A DNA stretch of 63,083 nucleotides, filler included, from Octopus bimaculoides (lineage: Eukaryota): NCBI RefSeq assembly GCF_001194135.2. It is 6 parts of 5 records of this genome, joined end to end, with 100 filler letters (N's around TTAATTAATTAA, not from the genome) between each part and the next. Parts side by side here need not be neighbours in the genome. Positions count along the whole stretch, not along the records: positions 37,812 to 40,143 come from NC_068996.1; positions 40,244 to 47,898 come from NC_068997.1; positions 47,999 to 56,568 come from NC_068987.1; 3 more parts are not named here. One strand, 5' to 3'. Both the position numbers and the translations under genes were made by a program. The notes below the pieces were generated by a model. That model searched no databases. It worked only from the letters and a program-made list of their open reading frames with translations, and was not told the DNA's origin. Positions 37,812 to 50,711 of this stretch are shown in pieces. How positions within the stretch are numbered: the stretch's first letter is position 1; each line of letters starts with the position of its first letter.

Positions 37812-38353
37812 CATCGCTGGACACAAAAGAGGACTGCCGTGGAGCATCTGTGGAGGACTCAGTACACTGCCAAACAGCGCGAGAAGGGTTTCCCGAGAAT
37901 TCAAGGACTCTATCGGCCATTGTGGCCACTTGGTCCACAGTGTTTGACTCAAATGCCGTCGCTAGAATTGTTTGTACGTGCGACGGAAGACGAGAAAAAA
38001 TATCTTGTGGAGAAGTGGAGCATCTGTTGACTCTCCGCTCAGATCTCGTAAATGTGTCAGAAATTCCGTGGGAGTCCTGTCACCGAGCTGTTCGTCTGCC
38101 ATCAGCTCATTGAATCGGCTGGTGGCAGACCTGGTGGTCCTGCGTAGGATCTCGTTTTTCACCTCGTCATATGTGGCGTCGTCTTTTGGAGATGTGATTA
38201 GGTCTTTAGACGCTTTTGCAAGCGATGGAGGCAGATTGCAATAAAGCAACTTTAACCTCTTAGACGGCGAGATGTCGTAGACTTGGAAATAGGCCTCCAA
38301 TTGAGCGAAATAGACATCGGTATTACCGATGAATGTGGGTAAACCATGCGACA
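37812..38353 (-). pseudogene. Gypsy-type gag N-terminal region with 1-bp frameshift
   Basis: MSHGLPTFIGNTDVYFAQLEAYFQVYDIS..YDEVKNEILRRT..RFNELMADEQLGDRTPTEFLTHLRDL..LLHKIF / SRLPSHVQTILA..DQVATMADRVLE; the LGDR.P..FL..LR and RLP..VQ.IL..AD motifs are typical of Gypsy gag; shift in a T-run near 37985. Confidence 0.85.
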
Positions 38354-39530
38354 TGTTTACTGGGATGACTCCGACAAGGTAGGAAAAGGGAATGGAGAGG
38401 AACAATGAAAAACGAAGTCGTATGAAATATACGAGAGACCAAAGAGAAAATTCACCGCTAAAAGAAAAGACAATATTTTTCGTGTTCTTGTTTTGTGTTT
38501 TTGTAATTTACGGTGTGCACAAAAAAAAAAGAAAATTCGTAAAAAAAAACAATTGCGTTTGCCTTTTTTTTTCTTTTAGTGTGTATGTGTGTTGCTTTTG
38601 TGTACTGTATGCAGGAAAAAAAATATCACCCACCTTGTCGCGCTGAAAAGGAAATATAACGCAATAAAACAGGGCAGAAAATTAAATGNNNNNNNNNNNN
38701 NNNNNNNNNNNNNNNNNNNNNNNNNNNNNNNNNNNNNNNNNNNNNNNNNNNNNNNNNNNNNNNNNNNNNNNNNNNNNNNNNNNNNNNNNNNNNNNNNNNN
38801 NNNNNNNNNNNNNNNNNNNNNNNNNNNNNNNNNNNNNNNNNNNNNNNNNNNNNNNNNNNNNNNNNNNNNNNNNNNNNNNNNNNNNNNNNNNNNNNNNNNN
38901 NNNNNNNNNNNNNNNNNNNNNNNNNNNNNNNNNNNNNNNNNNNNNNNNNNNNNNNNNNNNNNNNNNNNNNNNNNNNNNNNNNNNNNNNNNNNNNNNNNNN
39001 NNNNNNNNNNNNNNNNNNNNNNNNNNNNNNNNNNNNNNNNNNNNNNNNNNNNNNNNNNNNNNNNNNNNNNNNNNNNNNNNNNNNNNNNNNNNNNNNNNNN
39101 NNNNNNNNNNNNNNNNNNNNNNNNNNNNNNNNNNNNNNNNNNNNAGGAAGAAAACGGAACGCAGACTCTAAACTAACAACACAACAATATTTTTATTACA
39201 GTAGAATTCTGCTCACACTAGGAGGGAATTCGGTAGCATGTCGCCCTTTGGTTAGACGAGACGCCGTCAATGAAGTTGCGTGGTTAGAAGTAATTTTTCT
39301 CCTCTCTGGTTGTCTATGTGGCTCCATTGTAGAGTTGTCGGAGTGCTGCTATTGTGACGTCTAGCTTCCACGAAGTTCAGTGAGCAAGGAGATCGAAATA
39401 CGCGGGAACGCTTGGATATAGATGACTACGCATGCGCATGAGACTCTTCCTGTATTCCTTCCGGAACTAGTTCCTGCGCATGCGTGGATAAACTCTCAAG
39501 AAATGGCGACTGATATTAGGCGCCACTACA
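37812..39530 (-). mobile_element. 5' portion of a Gypsy-like LTR retrotransposon (LTR 39145-39530, leader, gag)
   Basis: Minus strand starts TGTAGTGGCGCC at 39530; AATAAA at 39192-39197; gag downstream on the same strand; PBS and LTR end fall in the 38689-39144 gap. Confidence 0.8.
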
Positions 39531-39932
39531 GCCTCATACACTGCAGTGGATTTCATGACAGTCTCTTTCAGACGACATCCACTAATTGTTTCGTCCTTAC
39601 GGATGGTTTTCGACCAGAAATGGTCTTGCTGTCGATTGAACCCGTCTCACAGTAGCGTTTCATGACATCATAGACTGTTTTAGGATCAACACGAAACCTT
39701 GAAGCCACGTCTTTGGTGCTATATAGTCCTGCATTTTTCAGAGCTACAATCTCACTGTGCTTGTCAGCTGCCATATTAAAAACGTTTTACTCGCCGAATA
39801 TAAACAAACAATGGAGTGTACGTGAACAATTGAATGTCAAAGAACGCATTTTAATTATTTTTTATGCAATGTCAAACTAAATTTAATAAAATAAACGTTT
39901 AAATAATCGGGAATTCTTTACGGTGCACCATG
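39531..39932 (-). mobile_element. Tc1-like transposon 5' part, interrupted by the LTR element
   Basis: TA|CATGGTGCACCGTAAAGAATTCCCG end; MAADKHSEIVALKNAG..VASRFRVDPKTVYDVMKRYCETGSIDSKTISGRKPSVRT HTH plus GRP-like motif; cut at 39531. Confidence 0.85.
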
Positions 39933-40101
39933 TATGTATGTAATTTCTGTCTGTCTGTCTGTGTATGTCTATGTATGTATGTATGTATGTATGTATGTAT
40001 GTATGTATGTATGTATGTATGTATGTATGTCTATTCATGCTTGTATGTATATGTGTATATATATGAGTATGTATGTATATAACATAATATATGCATACAT
40101 A

Positions 40102-40143
<42 letters not shown>

Positions 40144-40243
40144 NNNNNNNNNNNNNNNNNNNNNNNNNNNNNNNNNNNNNNNNNNNNTTAATTAATTAAN
40201 NNNNNNNNNNNNNNNNNNNNNNNNNNNNNNNNNNNNNNNNNNN

Positions 40244-40253
40244 TTATTATTAA

Positions 40254-40310
<57 letters not shown>

Positions 40311-40328
40311 CATTATTATTATTATTAT

Positions 40329-40416
<88 letters not shown>
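40244..40416. repeat. (ATT)n microsatellite
   Basis: Read directly. Confidence 0.98.
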
Positions 40417-40418
<2 letters not shown>

Positions 40419-40595
40419 GGTGGTGAGTTGGCTCGCTAGTGTGCAGGGCAAATACCGTCGAGGTCGACTTTACCTTTTATACTTTCGCGATCAATAAAAT
40501 AAGTACCAAACGAGCACAGGGAAAGCAGAGTCAACATAATCGACTTACCCACTCCCTAGAAATTGCTGGCCTTGTGCCAAAATTTGAAATCATTA
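40417..40595 (+). mobile_element. SINE family B with internal deletion
   Basis: AAGGTGGTGAGTTGG..CCGTCGAGGTCGACTTT..AAATAAGTACC..AAATTGCTGGCCTTGTGCCAAAATTTGAAATC. Confidence 0.82.
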
Positions 40596-40764
40596 TTAGT
40601 TTGTTTTTTTTCTCCCCCATCCTTCTTCTTTACTCTGTGAAGCAGCTTAGAAAAAGATGGTAAGGTTGATTTACAGTGCAAATATGTCAGGAATAGAAAA
40701 TACGCCAATTTGGGTTGTGGCTGGTGGGAAGGGAAATTAACATTAAAATACTTAATGTTACGCA

Positions 40765-40910
40765 TTCAGACAGAGATACAGACACAGACTCAGACACATA
40801 CACACACACAGACACAGATACAGACACAGACTCAGACACACACACACACACAGACACACACACGCACACACGCACTCACACATACACACAGACACATACA
40901 CATACACACT
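40765..40910. repeat. Degenerate (CAGACA)n hexamer / CA microsatellite
   Basis: CAGA(C/T)A, GACTCA and CACACA units alternate. Confidence 0.85.
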
Positions 40911-40989
40911 AGGGTATATACAGAGTCCTAAACAATTTTAAACTCAGATACGCGGGCAAGTGTGTCTCTGTGTATGTTTGCGTGTGCGC

Positions 40990-41032
<43 letters not shown>

Positions 41033-41171
41033 TATATATATATATATATATACATGTATATACAGATATATATATATATATAGGTATGCATATACATATG
41101 TATATATACACACATTCATTTATATAGTAAGCACCTTTGTACATCTAAATACACAAACGTATGCAAACGCA

Positions 41172-41211
<40 letters not shown>

Positions 41212-41540
41212 CGCACACATATACACACATAGAAGATCGTACACATGTTTACATCAATACGCTCAAATTCTCATAAATATACGAATTCATAGTTTCAGTG
41301 ACGCATGTACACAAACACACACAGACACACAGAGGCACATACACAAATACACACGCGCATGCATCCATACAGAAATACACTCACACACGCACACACACAC
41401 ACACACACGCACAAACAAATACATACACAAGTTTGCATAGGACAGAATAAAAGCCGTTTTCTCAACTAAATAGCTTTTCACGTTTTATGACTTCAAGGTG
41501 TAACTTCACATTTGATAGATAGTTCTCGCCGATATTGTAA

Positions 41541-41585
<45 letters not shown>

Positions 41586-42069
41586 CAGTAGCTTTTCTTG
41601 AGTTACTATTGTTGTTGTAGTTGTAATTTTTATTATGGTAGTTGTTTTTGTTATTCTTATTGTGACTTCGCTTTTATGTGCTTTATACCTTATCTGTGGA
41701 CCACACAGAAATTAGTCAACAACCTCACGTATCTTATCTTAGACTGTCGAACTAGGTATTTAGTTTTTGGTCATACACAGACGCATATCATACGCACAGG
41801 CATGTATATATATATATATATNNNNNNNNNNNNNNNNNNNNNNNNNNNNNNNNNNNNNNNNNNNNNNNNATGTATGTGTGTGTGTGTGTATGTATGTATA
41901 CGTATATACATGTGTAAGCATATTTATACATTTGTACATGCGTGTTTATCTGTGCACACACACTTACACACATACACACATACTCATACAAACAAACAGA
42001 AATACACTCACAGTCATGGTGATATCTACTTCTTTGCAGAAGAAAGCCATCTCTTCAATTAGTAAATGT

Positions 42070-42900
42070 CATCATGATATCTCATTTGACAAGCAATAAC
42101 AGATCTGAACGAAGAGACCCTACTGCAGATGTTAGATATATTTTCCCTTCAGAAAAAGTGTTTGGGATTGAAAAGTGTCTCATATCAAGTTGGATTGTTC
42201 GATTCTCCGTGTTCCAAATGCTTTGCAACCATCTAAGATCATTTCTTTCTACACCAACCAATTTTCCATCATCTGCTCCCAGTCTTCGACATTTACATTA
42301 AGAGTCTTATGGTTGCTTTTGATATTGTCCCTAAAAAAAGTTTCTTAGGTTTATATTTCGCACGATTATCACATTGTAATTCCACGTAAAACAACTGCTT
42401 AGGTAACCTACCATCTGCATTCTAGTAAAATACCCGACCCAACGCATTTGACTATATGAGAAGCATTTCAATACTTGGTGTGTTGGTTTGCTTAAGAATG
42501 ATGCTGTTGGAGACAGCTATTCGATGTTTATGATCCAGCTAAGGCGTGTTTGATGGGAAATTTCCAAAAGTCTTATGAGACGACGTTTAGTTCAAAACTC
42601 AGTAGAGTATAAAATGGCAATTAAGACACATGATTGGTTTTGATGATGATACACATATCAGATCATACACGAATTCCGAGCCTTCCAAAATCCTTGCCGG
42701 TTTTTCCGATCCTTAAATTTATTTCAGAATCAAGAAATCTCCTTCTTTAACTCCATTTTTATCTTTACCTGGTGCATTGAAATATTTTTGGTGCAATATG
42801 TTTTACCTTCGAGAACTCCCGTTAATTTCTATTTTTGAGACCAAGAACATTATATACATGGATTTGAAACTTTCCTGTTTTCGCTTTGTATTTTTCCTGC
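42070..42900 (-). mobile_element. RTE-clade LINE ORF2 C-terminal remnant
   Basis: Minus strand RIGKTGKDFGRLGIRV*, then frameshifted pieces SQMRWVG..MADGRLPKQLFYVELQ..KPKK..DNIK..NVEDWEQ..KMILDGCKAFGTRRIEQ, the RTE post-RT signature. Confidence 0.8.
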
Positions 42901-43111
42901 TGTTTTGAACAGCCGTCATCTAAAGGTTGCTAACCACCTTGATAGTAGATTAGGAATTGGTTTAGGGTACATGTTTTAGACCTTTCCCAGTTTTCTAGGT
43001 GAAGAGTACACAACTGGACAAGCCGTTGACTTATATGAGTTCCTCTGCTCTTTGATTTGATTTTCATACCACAAGGTGTCCAGAAAACCTCTCCCGTCAC
43101 AAAAGGAGCTC

Positions 43112-43372
43112 GATGGGGCTCTCGGTTTAGTCTCTGAGGATCCCAAAAATGCAACAGGCTTTGATGGGGTTGCCGGTTTAGTCTCTGAGGATCCCAAAAT
43201 GCAACAGGCTTTGATGGGGCTGCCGGTTTAGTCGCTGAGGATCCCAAAATGCAACAGGTTTTGATGGGGCTGCCGGTTTAGTCGCTGAGAATCCCAAAAT
43301 GCAACAGGTTTTGATGGGGTTGCCGGTTTAGTAGCTGAAGATCCTAACATGCAACAGGTTTTAATGGGTTAA
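43112..43372. repeat. 50-bp minisatellite, about 5.2 copies, ending in GGG|TTAA
   Basis: GATGGGGCTGCCGGTTTAGTCGCTGAGGATCCCAAAATGCAACAGGTTTT at 43112, 43163, 43213, 43263, 43313. Confidence 0.95.
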
Positions 43373-43715
43373 TGTTACCAGTAGCGCTCAAAAGCAAACT
43401 GACACACGTACGTATAATGTTTTATTTACACCGTATATATTTATGAGCTCCTAATAGTATCATACATTATAGATGTTTTCTAGGTAGGTTTTAATAACGG
43501 TTTACATTAAATTATATCTATCCTTCACGGGGATTTGTTGATCTTACCTTAACTGTAAATGAAATGCATACACACACATGCAGGCACACACACATACACA
43601 CATACACATCTAAATGATTTTCTGTCTCCCAAGCTAATTATCTATCATATTTCTTACTTTCGTACTAAAATACCTACTCACACACATCCACGCGCACACA
43701 CGAATGTGTATGAGC

Positions 43716-43755
<40 letters not shown>

Positions 43756-44481
43756 NNNNNNNNNNNNNNNNNNNNNNNNNNNNNNNNNNNNNNNNNNNNN
43801 NNNNNNNNNNNNNNNNNNNNNNNNNNNNNNNNNNNNNNNNNNNNNNNNNNNNNNNNNNNNNNNNNNNNNNNNNNNNNNNNNNNNNNNNNNNNNNNNNNNN
43901 NNNNNNNNNNNNNNNNNNNNNNNNNNNNNNNNNNNNNNNNNNNNNNNNNNNNNNNNNNNNNNNNNNNNNNNNNNNNNNNNNNNNNNNNNNNNNNNNNNNN
44001 NNNNNNNNNNNNNNNNNNNNNNNNNNNNNNNNNNNNNNNNNNNNNNNNNNNNNNNNNNNNNNNNNNNNNNNNNNNNNNNNNNNNNNNNNNNNNNNNNNNN
44101 NNNNNNNNNNNNNNNNNNNNNNNNNNNNNNNNNNNNNNNNNNNNNNNNNNNNNNNNNNNNNNNNNNNNNNNNNNNNNNNNNNNNNNNNNNNNNNNNNNNN
44201 NNNNNNNNNNNNNNNNNNNNNNNNNNNNNNNNNNNNNNNNNNNNNNNNNNNNNNNNNNNNNNNNNNNNNNNNNNNNNNNNNNNNNNNNNNNNNNNNNNNN
44301 NNNNNNNNNNNNNNNNNNNNNNNNNNNNNNNNNNNNNNNNNNNNNNNNNNNNNNNNNNNNNNNNNNNNNNNNNNNNNNNNNNNNNNNNNNNNNNNNNNNN
44401 NNNNNNNNNNNNNNNNNNNNNNNNNNNNNNNNNNNNNNNNNNNNNNNNNNNNNNNNNNNNNNNNNTGTATATATATATATA

Positions 44482-44525
<44 letters not shown>

Positions 44526-45289
44526 AACTCAGAAATGCATAGCACAGCTACACACTCACACATACACATACATACACACATACATTTATATATTAATTCT
44601 GTGTAGAATTGTGTTTAAACTTTTTGAAGCTTGCTTATGCTGCAGAGATACTTCCTGGGGCCGAATGCTATTTCACATTCCATGTGATTGCTCCGATCCA
44701 CCGTTCTAATACGAAAGCCTGTATCCTTCGGACGCCACATTATTTTAATGCTAACATGTCTCTTTGATACTCTGCATGTTAACTTTGCGTAACGATGGGC
44801 ATTATTAGGTCACATTAATCGTGTCAAAATATTGGAAACAGTTTTCGCAGTTGAACTGTAGAATTAAGGAAAATGTAAACTTAGCGATATTCTCGAATGA
44901 ATTTCTCATGGAAACGTATATCATATGAATTATATTCTGTAGAATGAGAAGGAATCTGAAATTATGTGACGTTCTCGCCTGGGTACACTCTCATATCAAA
45001 TTACTTCTTATGATGCGATACGGCTTCAATGTGCATGAAACAACAGGGAGATCTGTTCCCGTCGGCGATGCGATTCGTGGTAATTTGCATTAAGTTCTTG
45101 CACAAAGACACCCAGATTCTCTGTAGTAGATATCACTGTAGTACAATTGAATACATGTGCGCATCATTTTCGATTAAACCCCCAACCGTTATTAGATTTG
45201 AGTCTAAGAATAATATGAATAACATCTATACTGAGCATGGTGATTGACCTTACCATTTTCTTGAATTTAAATTTTACTAGTTGCGGTCG

Positions 45290-45670
45290 TTATATTGCGG
45301 CCATGCTTGGGCAGCGCCTTGAGACATTTTAGTGGAACGAATCGATTACAGGAGCTTTTTTTTTTTTTCCTTGGGGATCAGGTACTTATACTACCGGTCT
45401 CTTTTGCTGAACTGCCGGTTGTCAAGAGATATTGGTGTGTAGGACAAACACACACACACACACACGCGTCCACGTGCGCGCACGCACACTCACACACACA
45501 CACACATACACACACACATGTATATGTGATGGGCTTCTTTTAGTTTCCGACCACTCACAATTCTTTGATTGGTCCGAAGCTATATTAGAAGATATTGAAC
45601 CGAGGTGCTACGCAGTGGAACTGCGCCTAGAGCCATGTGGTTGGGAAACGAAATTCTTAACAAACAGCAT
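45290..45670 (-). mobile_element. SINE family A, degenerate
   Basis: GCGGCCATGCT..GGGCTTCTTTTAGTTTCCG..GCTATATTAGAAGA..AGCCATGTGGTTGGGAAACGAA. Confidence 0.75.
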
Positions 45671-46319
45671 AGAAGTCACTGATGTAATTTAGTTATTGCT
45701 CATTGAAATGTCTAACATTTACCTGCTGTCTATGTATAATCGTGAATGTAGCAGCAATAGCTATGGTCCATAGATGTGATCAGTACTTCAGTATGGATAC
45801 ATGCGCTACATTGAGTGTCATAAACTTAGCACAGGTAGACATAGTCTACTCCAATGCGTTTATTTATATCAATCTATATATATATAGTCTTGCACTCTAG
45901 TGCAGCTGAAGCCTTGTACCGTCTCTAGGAGTCACTGGATGTTCTGGAGCGTTAAATTGTATAGGGTCGGGCGAGGCATTGTCTATATCAGCTAACAATT
46001 ACATTTACACCTAAAAGAATTAACACAAACGAAATGCAAGCTACCAGATCATAACTCACTCGAGAGTAAAAAATTTATATTTTGTTTTTGTTCTTGTCTT
46101 TCAACCAGGATAATCATTAATAAATTCTAAAAGATTTTAGATTAGAACTTGGTGATAAGGGGCTCTACGCAGTTTAACTGTCCCCTATACACGCTAGGGA
46201 AAGAGAAAGACTTCCACTGCGACTCAAGGAATATATTGGCGTGGGGTTGGGTTTCGTCAGCTTGTGCTATTAAACAGAGCTTCGTAGATAATACAGCACA
46301 ATATACATTATTTAGAAAA

Positions 46320-46560
46320 TACGGGGAGGGACCCAAAAGTAACCGGAAACGTTCTCTGTGGAACAAGCCCGTTACAGTTTGGGTTTCCGCCGCTAGAAAC
46401 CACTTGATGCTACCTTTAGACATCAGTCTGCCGACCGGCGTTATTGGGTGTAGTCCTACAACCACGTCGTGCGTCTTTGTGTTGTAGTACTTTCCCTCTA
46501 CGCGTCGTGTTTTGCGATGACTGAAATGAAGAAGCAGAGCATTAGACAAAGGCCACATTG
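46320..46560 (+). mobile_element. Mariner-like 5' end fragment
   Basis: TA|CGGGGAGGGACCCAAAAGTAACCGGAA resembles mariner TIRs; ATG ACT GAA ATG AAG AAG CAG AGC start of an HTH-like frame at about 46517. Confidence 0.55.
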
Positions 46561-46579
46561 AAAGAGTTCAGTCGAGCAT

Positions 46580-46880
46580 ATCCTCTCCAGTACTTATTTT
46601 TAAGTCTGGTACCTACAAAATCGGGTTGTTTTGCTGTAACTCTAAGTTACTGCGACGAAAACAAACGAACACCAATTGTCAATGAAAGGTGAGAAGAAAT
46701 ACAAAGAGAAAGACAGGCGCTCTTACCACACATATACGACGAACTTCCATACAGTTTCCCTCTTCTAAATAGTCTTACATAGCATTGGTCGTCCCGGGCT
46801 ATAGTAGAAGACACTTACCCAAGTTGCCGCGGAGTGGAACTGAATCTGAAACTGGGGGTTTTCAAAGCGAGCTTATTAGT
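46580..46880 (-). mobile_element. SINE family A, degenerate
   Basis: CCCGGGCTATAGTAGAAGACACTTACCCAAGTTGCCGCGGAGTGGAACTGAA. Confidence 0.7.
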
Positions 46881-47998
46881 CATCCAGTTATGCCTGATAT
46901 TATGATTCCTGTAATGATTCAAACCGATATTTTAATTCCATTCGCATCTTGAATGATTTATATGAATGCATAAGAACCCAAACACTTAATAGATAATTTA
47001 TTTTATCCACCTTTAGAAGTTATGAAAAGCACAACTTCTCTTGGTAGATTTTGAACTTAGAATGTAAATATCCGTAACTATGTATCGCATCCATTTTGAA
47101 ACATGCTCTAACAATCGTATCATATCAATTCAGCGCCCTGTTATTTCCTACACGGTATCTAAAACATAATATATTCACATTACTTTATCAAACCACAATA
47201 AAGAACGTCTCTATACGATATGTGGAATATATTTAATGCCAATTCATATTTACAATGCAATTACGGAGCAAATATATTGTCACGGACGTATAAGTGATAT
47301 ATCTAATATAAGGACAACTCTTAAATGATACAGAATATATCTCATGCAAATTGATTTCAGGAAATCTTTTTGAAGCAGAAACGTTTGCAGCTGGTTATTT
47401 AACATATATATACACCTGTGTTATATTTGAAGATCTCTCACGTCTAGATTACGGTACTTCTTTCCCCAAACAGAATCAAAATTATATTAATATTGGGACT
47501 AAGTGTTTGAATGGAATGACAACTAAACTATAATAAATGTCAGATTTTAGAATGAGAGTGTGCTTGTCAGTCCGCCTAGATAGAAAGCAAGCAATTATGA
47601 TAACTATTGCTGGTCAATGAGAGGAAGTGAGGTAGAGGAAAAGAGGGTAGCTCAAAGATAGAGAGAAAGAAATATAGAGATTAAGATTAAGGGAAATGTA
47701 AAGATAGACCGAGAGAATGAAGTAAAACAAAAAGAGCAAATTGTTCGGAGCAAAAATGAGACCATGCACGTGGTTAAAAGTTTTGCTAGAAAATGCTGAA
47801 TATCTTCTTCGAATGCCGCTCTAAGCACTTTGATAAACAAAGAATATTATCTATCTAATCTATCTATCTATACAAATATATATATATATATATATATANN
47901 NNNNNNNNNNNNNNNNNNNNNNNNNNNNNNNNNNNNNNNNNNTTAATTAATTAANNNNNNNNNNNNNNNNNNNNNNNNNNNNNNNNNNNNNNNNNNNN

Positions 47999-48066
47999 TA
48001 GTTCTCGAGTTTTAGGGATTCACACAGACAGACAGACAGACAGACAGACACACATTCTCATTTATA

Positions 48067-48075
<9 letters not shown>
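47999..48075 (-). mobile_element. Probable 5' end of a non-autonomous Helitron
   Basis: Minus strand (TA)n-AATGAGAATGTG-(TGTC)n..AAACTCGAGAAC, the TA-run plus GTCT-microsatellite start common in Helitron/DINE-like elements; rest lost in spacer. Confidence 0.45.
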
Positions 48076-48142
<67 letters not shown>

Positions 48143-48984
48143 CGTGTCAAAAACTCTCGAAAGTCTTCTTCTGGACTTTAGTATTACCAGAGAGAGAAAG
48201 TTAAAAAGTTGAGCAAGAATAGAGAAGTCAAATGGAAGGTACTGTTACATCCCAACAAGTCTTCCTTAAACTCTTTCATCAAGAAACTATACAACAATCT
48301 AGCGTTTAAATCAATGATCACCACACAAATCCCCAATTACTCAGACTACCAAAGGCAAATGCTATCTTCTAAGATTTCCTCCATGACCTATATAAGTATA
48401 TTCAAAAACATGCTCAGTCATTCAGGCCAAGCTCTCCACTTTCACCTCTCTCTTTAAGTGGTACTTAAAAATGTCGATGAGTATATAGCAGCAGTAAAAA
48501 AAACATGTTCTGCAATTATTCACTTAGATTCCTTAATCTTGTCAGCTATACTTTTTCGTCACAACCACAAGGCAGAGTTTTGAGTCGTATGCTTAGTCCG
48601 TCTTTTGGCTTAATCCCATCATCTGACTTCTGCTAAGTTCACATTGTAGCGAGTATTTGGGTCAGGTCTCTAGTCTGAGACCCTAAAAATGGGTTACGAG
48701 CGCTACCCTCCTGTTATGATTAAATAATTAAAAAAGAAAATATGAAAGAAAGAAGGAAGAACAAAATTATCTTCATTAATTTCCCAAGAAGATGAGGGTT
48801 TCATACACGACTAGAAGGCATCGGTTTATAAAGATGAAATGAAATATCTACGACAAGGAATTAAAACTATGTTGCAGAATCTATGTTTTTATGAATAATA
48901 TTGACTACGTCATACTTGATGAGTGGCCAAAAAGGAAGAGGTTTCGTCACAACATCATGTTACTTTCATTTTTTAATATTATTA

Positions 48985-49150
48985 GCAGCAGAATTCCACC
49001 GAGGTCTTTGCTTTTCATCCTTTCGGGGTCGGTTAAATAAGTACCAGTAACGCACTGGAGTCGATGTAATCTATTTAATCTCTTTGTCTGTTCTTGTTTG
49101 TCCCCCTCTATGTTTAGCCCCTTGTGGGAAATAAAGAAATAAATATTATT
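48985..49150 (+). mobile_element. SINE family B variant tail
   Basis: AATTCCACCGAGGTC..CATCCTTTCGGGGTCGG..AGTACCAG..GTTTAGCCCCTTGTGGGAAATAAAGAAAT. Confidence 0.8.
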
Positions 49151-49349
49151 AGGAGCAGAAGTGAAATCAATATAAAAATCTCAGACCTCTGAGTAATAAT
49201 GATTTCATCTGAATCAGAACACGGCTCAATATTTTGTGGGGAGGAGAGAAGTTAACACATAAAGCGCGACGAGCTACGATCTTGACCGTCAGGTACAGGT
49301 CAACAGGCCACGATCCGATCGTTGCCCAGATAGACGCATTTAATTTATA

Positions 49350-49557
49350 AGCGTTTGTTGGGGGTCTGATGTAATTCAAAGGGTCAGCCTTGTCACACTG
49401 TGTCACGCTGAATATCCCCGAGAATTACGTTAAGGGCACACGTGTCTGTGGAGCGCTCAGCCACTTGCACGTTAATTTCACGAGCAGGCTGTTCCGTTGA
49501 TCGGATCAACTGGAACCCTCGACGTCGTAAGCGACGGAGTGCCAACAACAACAAAAA
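49350..49557 (+). mobile_element. SINE family C 3' half
   Basis: GTAATTCAAAGGGTCAGCCTTGTCAC..GGAACCCTCGACGTCGTAAGCGACGGAGTGCCAACAACAAC. Confidence 0.88.
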
Positions 49558-50026
49558 CACGATGTCACTCAAACGCTCCGCCCCCCCCCAGAATGCAAGA
49601 GGGCTAATAGTAGAACTAATGACTTTTCGGATTATTTAAAACTTGCCACCATTGTGCATGGTTGTCTCATTTTCATGAAATGTGCTCAGCAGTCCATGCT
49701 ATGTAAGTGCAAATCCCAGCGCTCCATGGGTTAAGAATTTTGTATCTTGTATATACTTCCTAGATTATTCTCAATGACAATGAAGTCAGATAACTTTAAC
49801 TTGCAAATTCGTCGCTCAATATCACCCTGATAATTATAATTTTACTAATAAAGCTACAGAGCTACGCATTTTGGAAAAGAGTCATTGAAATTGATTTCCA
49901 GAAAAGAGGTGTATTAAGTATGTGAAGTAGTTAGAGATTCTGCCTCTCACTGCGCTCACCATCTTAATAATTGCATCTGATATGAGCCTGTGTTCTGAAA
50001 TCTGTGGATTATATTGATCTCATGCT

Positions 50027-50169
50027 AAACTTTCGAGGTACTTTTTCATTCAAGTGTGCCGGTTCGGGTTCGAAAGTCCCGCGGGCTGCAGTTTGTCCAT
50101 GATTGGAATGAAGATTCCATTCTCTTGTCAAGGCCACAAACGTTGGTGTTTTTTTTAGCATGAGGTTGA
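50027..50169. repeat. ~142-bp direct repeat, partner at 50786-50925
   Basis: AAACTTTCGAGGTA..GGTTCGAAAGTCCC..TTTGTCCATGATTGG..AGCATGAGGTTGA in both; few substitutions and indels. Confidence 0.92.
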
Positions 50170-50711
50170 TTATATTGATCTAAGTCTTGATTGGTACTTT
50201 ATTTCATCGACCCCAGAGGAATGAATGACAAAGTTAGCAGGATTTGAACTTAAAACTTAGATGAGGAAGAAATCCTGCAAAGCATTTTGTCCGACGCTCT
50301 AATAATTCTGTTCATTCACCTCTTTATGATAATTTAGGCACAAGGTCAGCAGTTTTGATGGGTGGACATTGGCCGATTACATAGATCGAAGTACTTAAGT
50401 AGCGTTTTATTTCATTGATCGCCGAGGACGCATGGACTAATGATTAGGGTGTTGCTCGCGAGGTAGCGGTTTCAATTCCTGGATTGGGTAATGAGTTTTC
50501 TTGGGCAAAACATTTCATCTCACGTTACTCAGCGATGACTTCGACACCTGACATGCGGTACAATTTTACAAATTGTTCTTGTTCAGCCCCAGATCGTCCC
50601 TGGTTTATAATTAATGGCATTAAACTGTAACCATCGAGACATAATACAACAAGGATTACGTTATACAGCCTATTCTGGGCTGCTATTTCTAGCCGAGTGA
50701 GCGACTGCATC

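Noticed and set aside
40715-40931. TQTQ / DTDT repeat ORFs
   Set aside because: Translation of a hexamer microsatellite.
43112-43372. CRISPR-like appearance of the 50-, 116- and 20-bp arrays
   Set aside because: Units are contiguous with no unique spacers, no cas genes, eukaryotic context.
48209-48457. 82-aa ORF, possibly LINE-derived
   Set aside because: No diagnostic motif recognised, so left unassigned.
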